Positions 37,789 to 46,729 of a DNA stretch of 64,000 nt are shown piece by piece; the stretch's first letter is position 1; each line of letters starts with the position of its first letter. The notes under the pieces are model-generated. The model did no database searches and was not told the origin of the DNA. It saw only the letters and a list, made by a program, of their open reading frames with translations. This DNA is from an uncultured Verrucomicrobiae bacterium (GTDB taxonomy: Bacteria; Verrucomicrobiota; Verrucomicrobiia; Chthoniobacterales; JAFAMB01), in contig CAWEXO010000011.1 in NCBI GenBank assembly GCA_963813025.1, positions 768,001 through 832,000 of the forward strand, given 5' to 3'. Position numbers and translations under genes: made by a program.

Positions 37789-39084
37789 TCAACGATTTCC
37801 CGCGAAAAGTCGGTAGACCGTGCCGCTAAAGTCGTCGGAAATCAGCAGAGCGCCATCCGCCCCTGGTTTCACGTCTACCGGGCGGCCCCATGCGCGCTGA
37901 GATCTCTCATCCAACCAGCCGGTGACCAGATCGACCTGGTCGCCGGGCCGACCATTCACCCAGGGAAAGAAAACGACCTTGTAGCCCGTCTTCACCGATC
38001 TGTCCCATGATCCATGATAGGCCATCACGACCCCATTGCGGATTGAATCCGGTGCTTTGGTTCCCTGCAGAAAGGCAATGCCCAGGACTGCGGAGTGCGC
38101 CTGGATGCCTTTATCCGTCCGCGTGAATTTGCTTGCCGGAAAACGACTCCAGCCGGGATTCGTATCGTAATCAGGATCCAACGGCATGTTGTCCAGACCG
38201 CTGGGAGTATCCGGATCAGGATTGGCAAAAGGCCAGCCGTAATCGGCTCCGTCCTTTACATGGATAAATTGGTCGGGCGGATGGTTATCGATGTACCCGG
38301 TGATCCGGCGACCATAATCGTCGGAGCCGCTGCCCTGCCAGCTCCGGCGAAAGGGATACCGAATGTCGTCCCGTTCGTTGACTGCGGCCCAAAGTTGATT
38401 TGTTCCTGGGACAAAGGCCAAACCCTCGGCGTTGCGGATGCCGCGGGCGAAGATCCGTCCATTACGTCCGTCAAGATCGTACTGGTAGATCGCGCAACGT
38501 ACGGGGTCGCTCGTCACATCTTTTGGATCCGCATTGGAAGAGGATGCGATGTCCACATAGAATTTGTTTTCGGGACCGATGGTCAGATTCTTTAACTCGT
38601 GCCCATAAAAACCTCCCAGCTCGGGGCTGCTGCTATCCGGCAAATTCGGCACAATCACTACTCGGTCGCCGGCTATCTGATAATCGCCGGAAAGGGTGTA
38701 TCGGCTAACCTTGTTAGATTCGCCAACGTACAGTTCAACCTTCCCGCCGTCGTTGTGTAGCTCCATTCCCTGCGGATGGCGAAGTCCCGCGATGAGGGTT
38801 TTCTCCGCGCCGTTCAGTTGGACCAGAATTATTCGACCGGTTGATGGTTGGGAAACCAGGAAAGCTCCGTTCGCTAGCGGGCGCAGAAAGCGCGCCCGAG
38901 GGACACGAGCCGCCACCGTGATCCGGAACCCGGTCGGAATGTTCAGGATCCGTTTCTCCCGAAAAACGCCCTCGCGAAAGGCGGGAGGCACCTCCACCAC
39001 AGCGGATACCAGGGACATTGCCGCGGCGCCGAGCGAGGTCATGATCAACACGAGGGAAGCGAGAAAGCAAACGGGAGAAGGCAT
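37789..39084 (-). CDS. PQQ-dependent sugar/sorbosone dehydrogenase-family beta-propeller protein (exported)
   Basis: Signal-like N-terminus, FARGIRNAEGLAF, VNERD, ADYGWPF, QAHSAVLG, HGSWDRS, GRPVDV, LLISDD. Confidence 0.9.
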   Translation of the reverse strand: MPSPVCFLASLVLIMTSLGAAAMSLVSAVVEVPPAFREGVFREKRILNIPTGFRITVAARVPRARFLRPLANGAFLVSQPSTGRIILVQLNGAEKTLIAGLRHPQGMELHNDGGKVELYVGESNKVSRYTLSGDYQIAGDRVVIVPNLPDSSSPELGGFYGHELKNLTIGPENKFYVDIASSSNADPKDVTSDPVRCAIYQYDLDGRNGRIFARGIRNAEGLAFVPGTNQLWAAVNERDDIRYPFRRSWQGSGSDDYGRRITGYIDNHPPDQFIHVKDGADYGWPFANPDPDTPSGLDNMPLDPDYDTNPGWSRFPASKFTRTDKGIQAHSAVLGIAFLQGTKAPDSIRNGVVMAYHGSWDRSVKTGYKVVFFPWVNGRPGDQVDLVTGWLDERSQRAWGRPVDVKPGADGALLISDDFSGTVYRLFAGNR

Positions 39085-39148
39085 AACGTCAAAATATACC
39101 TCGGACGGGTAAGTTACAGGTTTCGATTTTCGAGTACTAACTCTTCTC

Positions 39149-39238
39149 ATGTACGCACATTTCGATCGCGGCGACTTGATAGACTGGCTGCTTTTGAGCG
39201 TCGCCGGCGTAGCTACTCTGCTTTTTCTCGCCAGTTAA
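39149..39238 (+). CDS. Possible 29-aa single-TM small protein
   Basis: MYAHFDRGDLIDWLLLSVAGVATLLFLAS; fills an intergenic gap. Confidence 0.35.
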   Translation: MYAHFDRGDLIDWLLLSVAGVATLLFLAS

Positions 39239-39330
39239 CCGCGAGCTATCCCGCTTCGGAGCCGGAGGGGTGAATTCTCAGCGCGCCGGTTAACGCATAG
39301 ACGATGCCGGTTTTTCTTTTATCTTCCGCC

Positions 39331-39768
39331 ATGAAGGCAATTGCCTGCTTACTGTTAGCAGGGCTGTTGGCCGTGCATTGGTCCACTGCCTCGGCGGCCG
39401 AAACCCGGTCAATCACGGGCCTGTGGAAAAACGCGGATGCCACCTTTGATATCTTTAATGATAGCGGAAAGATTGCGGCAAGGATCATCAGCCTGCGAGA
39501 ACCAAAAACGCCTGAGGGGAAGCCGAAGACAGATATTCACAACCCCGATGCGACGAAACACGATCGCCCCCTGATCGGCCTCGTCTTTATGAGCGGGTTT
39601 GTCCCCGCCGGGACCGGGAAATGGGATCACGGGACGATTTATGATCCCAAGACCGGCAATACCTATTCTTGCAACATGGAGTTGGAGGATGCGAACAGGC
39701 TTAAAGTGCGCGGTTACATCGCGATCTCGCTGATTGGCCGGACCGACATATGGACCCGAGTCCAGTGA
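39331..39768 (+). CDS. DUF2147-family exported protein
   Basis: Signal peptide; ITGLW, DIHNPD, RPLIGL, GTIYDPKTGNTYSC, LKVRGY..SLIGRT..WTR. Confidence 0.92.
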   Translation: MKAIACLLLAGLLAVHWSTASAAETRSITGLWKNADATFDIFNDSGKIAARIISLREPKTPEGKPKTDIHNPDATKHDRPLIGLVFMSGFVPAGTGKWDHGTIYDPKTGNTYSCNMELEDANRLKVRGYIAISLIGRTDIWTRVQ

Positions 39769-39793
39769 GGCGGGGTTTTCCAGGAGTGTCGGA

Positions 39794-40993
39794 GTGATTT
39801 GCGTTTGGGTAAACAAACGCGACTGGCGGCATCCAGGTCCGATCGTCAACATGGCGGTGCGCAACGCGCACAGTCTGGCATCTCTGGGCGTAGAGACGCA
39901 TCTGTGCCTTGGCGCTGGTCAGCAGCCCAGTGTGGTTCAAGACCTGCAGGATTTCTACGGACTGCGTCCGTTACCCACCCTGAAGATTCATCTCACTTCT
40001 CGCTCAAGCACGTTCGGGTGGCATCGGCGAAACAGCAGCGGGCCCATTTTTCGCACGGCAATGCGCCTGATCACCTCGCTGCTTCGTGAACGGCCCGACG
40101 AACAGATCGCTGTCCTGACGCGAGAAGGATCTTTTTTGCCCCGTCTTTGCTGGCTAGGCTTGCGCTTTCGAGCGCGGATGTTTTACGAAATACATGATTA
40201 CTATGCCGACCTGCGCTGGCGAAAACGGGAAGGTCAGCGGATCAAAATTCAAGACATGCGCCAGCAGTGGCTGGAGCGGATTTTTCTGCCACGGCTGAAC
40301 GGCCTGATCTGCATCACCGAGGCACAGCAATTTCTTTACAAAAAAAATTTTCCGAAAGTCCCCAGTGTGGCGTTGCTGCTCGGAACGGATCCGGACCGGG
40401 AGAGCATCGATCACGAGAGCCGGCGCGCGTTGCGGCGGGCGGTGTACGTTGGCCGGCTCAGCAGGGGAAAAGGGCTCGAGCTAATGCTGCGGGCGGCTCA
40501 TTCTTTGCGCGATAGGAATATTCGATTTGCGTTTTGGGGTGGCAATCCTGAGCAGATTGCCAGATTGCGTACGCGAGCAGAAGGCATGGGCATAGGGGAG
40601 TCCGTGGAAAGTGTGAGCACCCGGTCGCCGGAAGGGCTCCGGGAAGCGCTCGCACGTCAGGCGAGCGTTGGTTTATTGCCGCTTGAAGACAGCTTTTATA
40701 ATCGTTATCTCACTTGTCCGGTGAAAGCGCTCGACTACCTCTCGCACGGCCTGCCGGTCGTCGCGAGCGACCTGGAATCTTGCCGGGAGGTTCTGGGGAG
40801 CGATGGGGCCGGTCACTTTTTCCCGCCGGGAGACGAGCGTCTCCTGGCGGATGCTCTGGCCAAACTCCTGGATAATCCAGAACGGTACGCCCACGCGGCT
40901 GCTGTCGCCAGCCACCGCGCTCAGGAGATCAGCTGGAAAGCTCGTGCGGAAAAGCTCCTGCGGTTTGTGGAAGAGAAGAGCTGCGACCAATGA
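39794..40993 (+). CDS. Glycosyltransferase family 4 (GT-B)
   Basis: YEIHD, YVGRLSRGKG, CPVKALDYLSHGLPVVASDL; GTG start with AGGAG RBS. Confidence 0.88.
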   Translation: MICVWVNKRDWRHPGPIVNMAVRNAHSLASLGVETHLCLGAGQQPSVVQDLQDFYGLRPLPTLKIHLTSRSSTFGWHRRNSSGPIFRTAMRLITSLLRERPDEQIAVLTREGSFLPRLCWLGLRFRARMFYEIHDYYADLRWRKREGQRIKIQDMRQQWLERIFLPRLNGLICITEAQQFLYKKNFPKVPSVALLLGTDPDRESIDHESRRALRRAVYVGRLSRGKGLELMLRAAHSLRDRNIRFAFWGGNPEQIARLRTRAEGMGIGESVESVSTRSPEGLREALARQASVGLLPLEDSFYNRYLTCPVKALDYLSHGLPVVASDLESCREVLGSDGAGHFFPPGDERLLADALAKLLDNPERYAHAAAVASHRAQEISWKARAEKLLRFVEEKSCDQ

Positions 40994-41028
40994 CCGATGG
41001 CCGATGACCGATAGCCGATGACCGATAG
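40991..41028 (+). repeat. Heptamer tandem repeat (TGACCGA family)
   Basis: tgaccga tggccga tgaccga tagccga tgaccga tag. Confidence 0.8.
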
Positions 41029-41040
41029 GAGCTAGCTAAG

Positions 41041-41862
41041 GTGCCGGAACTAGCCGAGGTAGAACATTCACGAAGGCTGTGGGACGTCGCCTTGCGGCAG
41101 CGTATTCTAGAGGTACGTTTTCCGAAGCTGGAGGATCGGGTCTTTCGGGGCACGTCAACCAGCCAACTCCAAGCCGAGATAACCGGCAAAATCTATCGCG
41201 AATCGAAAAGTCGGGGTAAACAGTTGCTTTTCCGCTTTGGCCAGACCGCCTGGCTGGGGATTCATCTGGGCATGTCGGGAGATTTGCGGACCGAGCCGCT
41301 CAAGTACGAGCCTCTTAAACACGACGTGTTGATCCTGCGTCAGAAGCAGCGTCATCTCATCTTTTCCGATCAGCGTCACTTTGGCCGGGTGCTCTTCCAC
41401 AGCGGGATCGAGCCTCCGCCGTGGTGGAGCAATCTTCCGCCGGCGATTTTGTCTTCCGCGTTTAGCAAAACCCTGGTCGCGGACTTTCTCCGCCGAAGAG
41501 GAGGTTCGCCGCTCAAAGCCGTCCTCCTCAGCCAAGAACGGTTTCCAGGTATTGGTAACTGGATGGCGGACGAGATCTTGTGGAGAGCCCGGCTGCATCC
41601 GGCGCGATTGGCTGGAGAATTGACGGCTAAAGAAGTCGCTACGCTTTATCGAACCGTTCGCCGGGTCTGCGAGCTGGCCGTCAAGTCCATGGATGAACAC
41701 TGGGAATATCCAAAAAGCTGGTTGTTTGCTCATCGTTGGGAAAAGGGAGGCAAATGCCCGAGATGCCGGGCGCCTCTGGAGCGGGCGAAGATCAGTGGAA
41801 GGACGACGTGCTGGTGCCCGAGAGAGCAATGGAAGAAGCGTAGCACCACAAATCGACTATGA
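41041..41862 (+). CDS. mutM: Fpg/Nei-family DNA glycosylase
   Basis: N-terminal PELAEVE, RGKQL, HLGMSG, D.RHFG, PGIGNWMADEIL, C-terminal zinc-finger-like CPRC...WCP. Confidence 0.9.
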   Translation: MPELAEVEHSRRLWDVALRQRILEVRFPKLEDRVFRGTSTSQLQAEITGKIYRESKSRGKQLLFRFGQTAWLGIHLGMSGDLRTEPLKYEPLKHDVLILRQKQRHLIFSDQRHFGRVLFHSGIEPPPWWSNLPPAILSSAFSKTLVADFLRRRGGSPLKAVLLSQERFPGIGNWMADEILWRARLHPARLAGELTAKEVATLYRTVRRVCELAVKSMDEHWEYPKSWLFAHRWEKGGKCPRCRAPLERAKISGRTTCWCPREQWKKRSTTNRL

Positions 41863-41944
41863 GCGGCTGACGTCCATGTAAAGTTAGGGCTGGATCCTGG
41901 GCCCGTCGGGCTTTGACATTAGCCGGCGGCGGTGGGAAAGACTC

Positions 41945-42115
41945 GGTGCCGGTAGGGCGATCCGCCTTGACGGACGAGCCTTGGCGAGAACTTGTTTGAG
42001 CCGCCTTCGCAGTGGCCTGTCGCAGTTCCCCGCTCGAACGAATCTTCGCCAAAAGACTCATTCGCCAAGGCGGATCGCCCTACCGGCACGAGGCGTGAGA
42101 CACCGCGAGACAGCC
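41945..42115. repeat. Family B REPIN (variant arms) followed by a GAGACAGCC end motif
   Basis: gtgccggtagggcgatccgccttgacggacgag ... cattcgccaaggcggatcgccctaccggcac. Confidence 0.8.
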
Positions 42116-42153
42116 GCAAACTTCTCGCGCCAACTTATCACTTAAGCACAAAA

Positions 42154-42921
42154 ATGCTGGATCTGGAGAAGCAAACAGCCATCGTGACCGGCGTCAGCCG
42201 AGAACGCGGCATCGGAGCAGCGATTTGTCGCTCGCTGGCGAAAGCTGGTGCTAACGTATTTTTTACCAGTTGGCACTCATACGATGCAGAGATCTGGGGT
42301 GACGAACCAGATTTTCCGGAACAGTTCGTAACCGAGTTGCGGTCATTCGGAATCAAAGCGGCTCACTTGGAGATCGACCTGGGCGATGTATCTGCGGTTG
42401 GGCGGGTGGTCGATCGGGTGGAAGAGCTTTTTGGGGAGGCGCATATTCTGGTGAACAACGCCTGCCACTCGGTGCGGGAGAGTTTGGATACGGTCACGCC
42501 GGAAATACTCGATCGGAGTTATGCGGTGAACGCTCGTGCGCCGATCCTGCTGAGCATCGAGTTTGTGAGACGCTTTCGCGGTCGTGGCGCTCGCCGGATT
42601 GTTTCGATGACCAGCGGCCAGAGCAGATCCCAAATGCCAGGGGAATTAGCCTACGCCGCGACAAAGGCCGCGATTGACGCCTTTACCCTGACGTTCGCCG
42701 GCGTGGCAGCGACGCTGGGGATTACGGTCAATGCGGTGGATCCCGGTCCGACCGACACCGGTTGGATGGACGAGGAGATCAGGCAAAAAGCTATGACACC
42801 TTTTGGTCGCATCGGTCAACCCGAGGACGCCGCTCGGCTCGTTCGATTCCTTGTTTCTTCCGGAGCTGATTGGATCTCGGGTCAGGTGATACGCTCCGAC
42901 GGTGCACGGTATACGGCGTAG
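42154..42921 (+). CDS. SDR-family oxidoreductase (3-oxoacyl-ACP-reductase-like)
   Basis: VTGVSRERGIG, LVNNA, YAATK, NAVDPGPTDTGWM. Confidence 0.9.
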   Translation: MLDLEKQTAIVTGVSRERGIGAAICRSLAKAGANVFFTSWHSYDAEIWGDEPDFPEQFVTELRSFGIKAAHLEIDLGDVSAVGRVVDRVEELFGEAHILVNNACHSVRESLDTVTPEILDRSYAVNARAPILLSIEFVRRFRGRGARRIVSMTSGQSRSQMPGELAYAATKAAIDAFTLTFAGVAATLGITVNAVDPGPTDTGWMDEEIRQKAMTPFGRIGQPEDAARLVRFLVSSGADWISGQVIRSDGARYTA

Positions 42922-42947
42922 ATTTGGAGATTGTCTCCAAGTTTTGA

Positions 42948-43895
42948 TCAAGTCAGCCTCTCGCGTCCGTGCGGCGCGCTCAAATCCTGTGCTGGGCCGA
43001 CGGGAACGATCCGAGTGGGATTGATGTCATCGTGCGTGAAATAGTAATGACGCTTGATGTGATCGAAATTCACAGTCTCGGCGATTCGGTCGTACTGGTA
43101 AAGATCACGAAGATAACCGGAGAGGGCAGGGTAATCGACGATTCGGCGGATATTACATTTGAAATGCCCATGGTAAACCGCGTCGAAACGAATGAGAGTC
43201 ACGAAGAGACGCCAATCGGTTTCGAGGGGAAGCTCTGCAATCAGATAGCGGCGGCGCGAGAGCCGCTTTTCCAGACGATCGAGTGTGGCGAAGAGCGGAT
43301 AGACTGCTTCTTCGTAAGCGGCCTGCGCGGTCGCAAACCCCGCCCGGTAGACGCCGTTATTTACGGTTTCGTAAATCAGCTTATTCAGGTGATCGATCTC
43401 GGCCTGATGTTCCGGGGGATAAAGGTCGAGGTCATTCTGGGCAAACTGGTTGAAGGCCGAGTTCAGCAACCGCATCAAATCATCGTCTGAGTTCGAGACG
43501 ATGCGCGCCGTTTGTTTATCCCACAGAACTGGTACGGTAACGCGGCCGGTATAGGCCGGGTCACTTTGCAGGTAAGCGTCGCGGAGGAATTTGAAGCCGT
43601 TGATGGGGTCCCGGGAAAAACCCGGTCCGTCTCGAAAAGCCCAGCCGCGCTCATCCCGGATGGGGTCAACAGCGGTCATCCCGATAGCCTCCTCCAGGCC
43701 TTTCAACCGACGCACTATAATCGTGCGATGCGCCCAGGGACAGGCCCAGGAGACATAGAGATGATACCGGCCGCTCGCGGGTTTGAACTGCGCGGAGTCG
43801 TCCGAAGAAATCCAGTGGCGGAAAACGTCTTCCTGTCGTTCAAAGCTACCGTCCACGGATTGCTCCGCCGGGAACTGACTCTTGATTGTGCTCAC
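42948..43895 (-). CDS. yqjG: Glutathionyl-hydroquinone reductase (GST Xi/omega, YqjG)
   Basis: GRYHLYVSWACPWAHRT, TVPVLWD, NNGVYRAGFA, RFDAVYHGHFKCN, HIKRHY, INPTRIVP. Confidence 0.93.
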   Translation of the reverse strand: MSTIKSQFPAEQSVDGSFERQEDVFRHWISSDDSAQFKPASGRYHLYVSWACPWAHRTIIVRRLKGLEEAIGMTAVDPIRDERGWAFRDGPGFSRDPINGFKFLRDAYLQSDPAYTGRVTVPVLWDKQTARIVSNSDDDLMRLLNSAFNQFAQNDLDLYPPEHQAEIDHLNKLIYETVNNGVYRAGFATAQAAYEEAVYPLFATLDRLEKRLSRRRYLIAELPLETDWRLFVTLIRFDAVYHGHFKCNIRRIVDYPALSGYLRDLYQYDRIAETVNFDHIKRHYYFTHDDINPTRIVPVGPAQDLSAPHGRERLT

Positions 43896-44001
43896 AACGC
43901 ACCGTACCGCCAGGTACCGGTCGCGTCCAAAGCGGAACTTCCTGCCTCCTCGTTTCTCTCATTGCTCGAAAACATTTTTTATTTACGATTTGACTGCAAC
44001 C

Positions 44002-45837
44002 ATGAATCTGACGGCCTCTCTGGAAAAGCATTTTGGCTTCCGGGAATTTCGGGAACCGCAGGACGAAGTGATCACCGAGATCTTGGCCGGGCGGGATGTG
44101 TTTGTCGTGATGCCTACCGGCGGCGGTAAATCGTTGTGCTACCAGTTGCCTGCCTTGCTCTTCGACGGCGTGACCTTAGTCGTGTCGCCTCTGATCGCGC
44201 TGATGAAGGATCAGGTTGACCGGCTGTGCCAGCGCGGTTTGCCGGCCGGCGCCCTCAATAGCTCGATGTCGCTCAGCGAGCAGCACGACACCGTGCGCCG
44301 GATGATGAGACGCGAGTTAAAGCTGGTATACGTCGCACCCGAGCGATTTCGGAGCCAGGCGTTTCTGCGTTCGTTGAGCGGGCTGCCGCTCGCTCTTTTT
44401 GCCGTTGACGAGGCGCATTGTCTATCGCAATGGGGCCACGATTTTCGGCCGGATTACTTTCGCCTCGGTGCGGTGATTGAAGCGCTAGGGCACCCCCAGA
44501 TCGCTGCCTTTACCGCAACGGCGACGCCGCCGGTTCGCGCCGATATTCTGGGCCGCTTGGGCTTGCGGAATCCGCGGACTTTTATCGCTGGTTTCGCCCG
44601 GCCAAACTTGAAATTCAGCGTCTACGCTGCACAGAGCGATCAGGACAAATTCAGCCGCCTGAAAGAAATAATCGGGCGCGATCGTGCTGGGATCGTTTAT
44701 TGCGCTACCCGGAAAAGGGTGGAGCAAGTCACGGAAGTGCTGCGGACCTGGAAACTGCGCACGGAACTTTACCATGGTGGACTCGAAGACCAGGAGCGTG
44801 CTCTCGCCCAAAACCGATTTGCCAGCGGCAAGGCGGACATCGTCGTGGCAACAAACGCTTTCGGCATGGGGATCGATCGCGCCGAGCTCCGGTTCGTTGT
44901 TCATTTCGAAATTCCCGGCTCGTTGGAAGTCTATTACCAGGAAGCCGGGCGCGCCGGTCGCGATGGCGAACCGGCCGATTGCGAGCTGCTTTTCAACTAC
45001 GCCGATACGGAAGTACAGGAGTTCTTTATCGAGGGGAACAATCCTTCGGCGCAGTTGATCCGCCACGTGTATCGCTTTCTTGATCAAAATGTGGATCACT
45101 CGGAAAAATTGATCATGCCGGTACAGGAAATGGCGGATCGGATGGGCGTTGATAATGAGAAGGCGGTCCGCTCGGCTTTGACGGTTCTGGAACGGGCGGA
45201 GCTGATTGAACGTTTCGATGTTCCCGGCTCGCGGGTGCGTGGAACGGCTTTAAGACAGCGGCTTAATCCGGACAAGCTGCCTCTTGACTACGAGGCGCTC
45301 CGGGAGAAGGAGAGCCGGGATCGAGCAAAGTTGAAAGCGTTGCTCAATTACGCTTACACGCGGCGTTGCCGGCCGGCGACGATCCTCGATTATTTTGGCG
45401 ACCCGGCGGCGCATGTCTGCGGTACGTGCGACAGCTGTTTGAGCGGCCGGCCGATGCAGCAACGCGGTCCGACTGAGACAGAGCGAATCGTCGTGCGCAA
45501 GGTGTTGAGTGGCGTCGCCCGGATGTCCTATCGGACGGCTCGTGGTTTCAAACCGCGGTTTGGCCGAACCAGAATTGTGCAAGTGCTTGCGGGGAGCAGG
45601 GCAACCGAAGTCTTTGACCTACGGCTGAACCAGCTCTCTACATACGGGATTCTGCGTGAGTTCAGCGACGCCTACCTGCACGAAATAATTATGGAACTGC
45701 AAACCGCTGGTTTGGTGGCGTCGCAGGAGGGAGCGTTCCCGGTTCTCGGGCTGACCCCGGCGGGGGTGGAGGTCATGCGAGGCAGCAGCGATTTCGAGTT
45801 GGTCTGGCCGGAAGTCAAAAGGAGAAAGAAAAGGTAG
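44002..45837 (+). CDS. recQ: RecQ-family ATP-dependent DNA helicase (RQC domain, no HRDC evident)
   Basis: MPTGGGKSLCYQ, VDEAHCLSQWGHDFRP, ATNAFGMGID, YYQEAGRAGRDG, CR..ILDYFG..CGTCDSC. Confidence 0.94.
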   Translation: MNLTASLEKHFGFREFREPQDEVITEILAGRDVFVVMPTGGGKSLCYQLPALLFDGVTLVVSPLIALMKDQVDRLCQRGLPAGALNSSMSLSEQHDTVRRMMRRELKLVYVAPERFRSQAFLRSLSGLPLALFAVDEAHCLSQWGHDFRPDYFRLGAVIEALGHPQIAAFTATATPPVRADILGRLGLRNPRTFIAGFARPNLKFSVYAAQSDQDKFSRLKEIIGRDRAGIVYCATRKRVEQVTEVLRTWKLRTELYHGGLEDQERALAQNRFASGKADIVVATNAFGMGIDRAELRFVVHFEIPGSLEVYYQEAGRAGRDGEPADCELLFNYADTEVQEFFIEGNNPSAQLIRHVYRFLDQNVDHSEKLIMPVQEMADRMGVDNEKAVRSALTVLERAELIERFDVPGSRVRGTALRQRLNPDKLPLDYEALREKESRDRAKLKALLNYAYTRRCRPATILDYFGDPAAHVCGTCDSCLSGRPMQQRGPTETERIVVRKVLSGVARMSYRTARGFKPRFGRTRIVQVLAGSRATEVFDLRLNQLSTYGILREFSDAYLHEIIMELQTAGLVASQEGAFPVLGLTPAGVEVMRGSSDFELVWPEVKRRKKR

Positions 45838-45903
45838 GGCGGGCGCCAACCGGCTGGAAGCAGCGGCGAAAAAAGCGGCTCTCGCACGGAGGGCACGGTG
45901 TGC

Positions 45904-46067
45904 GCGGCGCGGCGGAGCCGCAACCAAAGCGGCCGCGCAGTCCACTGACAGGGTGGAAGCCTGTACCACTTTTCCACCGTGACACCGGCATCTTGCCGGT
46001 CAACCTTCAAACTGTTTCAGCTTCTCGCAAATCCTCACAGGAAAACAAGATTTTCACGGACAGTAGT
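45904..46067 (+). mobile_element. Family A element, copy 2
   Basis: Same ends and body as 4187-4349; flanked by cacggagggcacggtgtgc | acggag. Confidence 0.85.
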
Positions 46068-46144
46068 ACGGAGTGATTGACATATATTAGAATTTGTTTC
46101 GTTGATCGAGTAGCTGCTCTTCCAACATCCCGCCGGCCCACTAC

Positions 46145-46275
46145 TGGTAGGGCGATCCGCCTTGGGGGACGAGCGCCAGGCGAGAACCTGTTTGAGCCGT
46201 CTTGGGCGGTGGCAACTCCGGCGCCCGGCTCAAACGAGTCCTCGCCTGCGGCTCGGATAAATTTTCGCCCTACCC
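46145..46275. repeat. Family B REPIN with hybrid arms
   Basis: Left gtagggcgatccgccttgggggacgagc; right gctcggataaattttcgccctacc. Confidence 0.8.
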
Positions 46276-46385
46276 GGCGCGGGATCAGAGATCCTCTGTG
46301 GCTGCGCGACCTCCGTGCGCGACTCGAATGCTATCAATGTTGAGCCCGTGGCTGGCGGAGCAGAAAAAGACCTCGCACGGTGCGC

Positions 46386-46548
46386 ACGGCGCAGCGTAGC
46401 CGCAACCAAAGCGGCCGCGCAGTCCACTGACAGGTTGGAAGCCTGTGCCACTTTTCCACCGTGACACCGGCATCTTGCCGGTCAATCTTCAAACTGTTCA
46501 GCTCCTCGTAAATCCTCGCAGGAAAACAGCGTTTTCACGGACAGTAGT
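46386..46548 (+). mobile_element. Family A element, copy 3
   Basis: Same ends and body as 4187-4349; flanked by ctcgcacggtgcgc | acggag. Confidence 0.85.
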
Positions 46549-46729
46549 ACGGAGTTGATTCCAGCTTAAGCACTCCGGGTCTCACTCGCGCTCGGTCCGG
46601 TTTGTTTGGAATCTGTTTAGAAACCCGGGCCGAATCCTGATGTCCCATCCGGGCAAAAAGCGGTTGCCCCGGCAGAGCGTGACAACCGAGTGGCCGTTCA
46701 TTCCCAAAAGAGTCAAAGGCCGACAGCCT

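Noticed and set aside
45880..46560. Possible CRISPR array or attC cassette array from the repeated units
   Set aside because: Repeats are about 163 bp, only two here, with another REP between them; no cas or integrase gene and no regular spacers
46566..46590. TTAAGCACTC resembling a CIRCE half-site near lon
   Set aside because: It lies downstream of lon and lacks the second half-site
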